A stretch of DNA of 32,000 bases, from assembly GCF_000023205.1 (NCBI RefSeq), contig NC_012803.1, positions 2,040,001 through 2,072,000 on the forward strand. The letters are read 5' to 3'. The translations under genes and the position numbers were made by a program. Shown here piece after piece: positions 31,101-32,000 of the stretch; within the stretch, counting starts at the first letter, position 1, and every line of letters begins with the position of its first letter. The notes under the pieces were generated by a model that saw nothing but the letters and a program-made list of their open reading frames with translations, had not been told where the DNA came from and searched no databases. This stretch comes from Micrococcus luteus NCTC 2665. GTDB lineage: Bacteria > Actinomycetota > Actinomycetes > Actinomycetales > Micrococcaceae.

Positions 31101-31568
31101 GATCACTCCTCGTGGCAAGTAGTAGTAAAAGGACGGGCGGAACCCGCATGGCGGCGAGCCGCGGACCTGTCCGCGGACACCTGTTGTGAGCCCCGCCCCG
31201 GGTGTGGACACCGCACTCTTACTGCGACTTCTCGAAAAGGGGGACCAGGCTGGGTGAGAGCCAACCGAAGTTCCTTATGGGATCGCTGGTGTGGACGGTG
31301 AGCCCCGGTCCGTCCTGAGGACGTCCCGGGATCCGGTCTGCGGGAGCGCGTTGCTTTTCCGACCCGCCGTCCGCCCGGTCACCTGACCGATGGAACGACG
31401 AGAACAACGCGGCGTGCGCCGTCCCACCTTACGCGAACCGTGGGCGTCGCTTCAACTCGACGGGGGGCGCCTGTGGTATGCGCACGGTCCTCGGCCCCCA
31501 GGGCCGCTCCGCTCGCCACGGCTCGGCGCGGCCACGGGCGCTGGGCCGGCCCACCCCTCCGGCATGGA

Positions 31569-32000
31569 TCAGGCGACCGACGCCCCCAGCAGGGAGCCCA
31601 CCGCGAAGGTCAGGCCGAGCGCCAGGGCGCCGCCGAGGACGACGCGCACGGCCGCCCGCAGCGCGGGCGCGTCGCCGAGCCGGGCCCCGACCCAGCCGGT
31701 GACGGCGAGGGCCACGAGGGTGACGCCGAACGTGAACGGGACGGCGGAGGCCCACCGGCGCCAGGACGACCGTCAGGAAGGGCAGCAGCGCACCCACGAG
31801 GAACGCGAGGAAGGACGCTCCGGCGGCGGCCCACGGGCTGACGACGTCCTCCTCCGCCATGCCCAGCTCCATGCGCAGATGCGCGGCGAGCGCGTCCTTC
31901 TCGGTGAGCTCCCGCGCGGCGGCCTCGGCCGTGGCCCGGCTCAGGCCGTCCGCCTCGAAGAGCTGTACGAGCTCCTCCAGCTCGCCCTCTGGATCCTCCT
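31569..32000 (-). pseudogene. VIT1/CCC1-family Fe/Mn transporter, with the 5' end outside the window and an apparent 1-nt frameshift near 31743
   Basis: The upstream frame reads ...ELVQLFEADGLSRATAEAAARELTEKDALAAHLRMELGMAEEDVVSPWAAAGASFLAFLVGALLPFLTVVLAPVGLR. The family-typical end VPFTFGVTLVALAVTGWVGARLGDAPALRAAVRVVLGGALALGLTFAVGSLLGASVA* continues in a different frame, with the stop at 31569-31571. Confidence 0.65.

Noticed and set aside
31219-31407. The 62-aa minus-strand ORF in the rpmB upstream spacer
   Set aside because: It has no Shine-Dalgarno sequence or promoter context, its composition is atypical, and it has no recognisable motif. The region is more likely non-coding leader.
31101-31568. 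Zur box, TPP riboswitch or ydaO (c-di-AMP) riboswitch upstream of rpmB
   Set aside because: No AT-rich Zur-type palindrome is present. The partial resemblances (ccagcg...aaggaa to TPP, ccgtcccaccttacgcg to the ydaO 3' end) lack the other conserved blocks. In the ydaO case the resemblance is on the strand that has no downstream gene.

Overview
Very GC-rich (by eye, not computed) actinobacterial chromosomal DNA. Protein similarities suggest a Micrococcales-like organism, but that is inference only. Gene content is mostly housekeeping or transport, and I saw no integrase, transposase, CRISPR array or recognisable defence genes.

Left to right:
- The 3' part of an MMPL/RND transporter with a long xxxLxxG coiled-coil ectodomain, a class IV aminotransferase and a DUF4235 protein.
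- A roughly 10 kb tightly packed minus-strand block: a CofE-like ligase fusion, dcd, a UMF1-type MFS transporter and a six-gene Mrp/Mnh cation/proton antiporter (A/B-fused, C, D, E, F, G).
- A KhtT/KhtU-like K+/H+ antiporter pair, tRNA-Gly(CCC), a DUF2087 protein and an AEC transporter.
- A decayed meso-diaminopimelate dehydrogenase gene, a small membrane protein, a flavodoxin-like protein and a thioredoxin-NHL protein.
- A copper-trafficking cluster: lipoprotein, CopD/CtaG fusion, Tat-DyP peroxidase, PCuAC, CopC and a His-rich membrane protein.
- HU, a Cys-less rpmB-rpmG-rpsN operon, and a frameshifted, window-truncated VIT/CCC1 gene.

I did not find a clear new multi-gene system. The observations most worth follow-up are:
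- A 20-bp motif (CTTTCGTT-N3-GAAACGGCG) present three times, always upstream of apparently leaderless genes.
- The uncharacterised CofE-like fusion, which sits 3 nt upstream of dcd.
- The Sco-less, regulator-less copper cluster with two unknown proteins and a 27-bp tandem repeat.
- A leaderless Pro-rich uORF overlapping the AEC start codon.
- A roughly 470-bp structured spacer upstream of rpmB.
- Two disrupted genes (ddh and VIT).

Most long ORFs in the six-frame track are antisense or off-frame artefacts of the GC bias.
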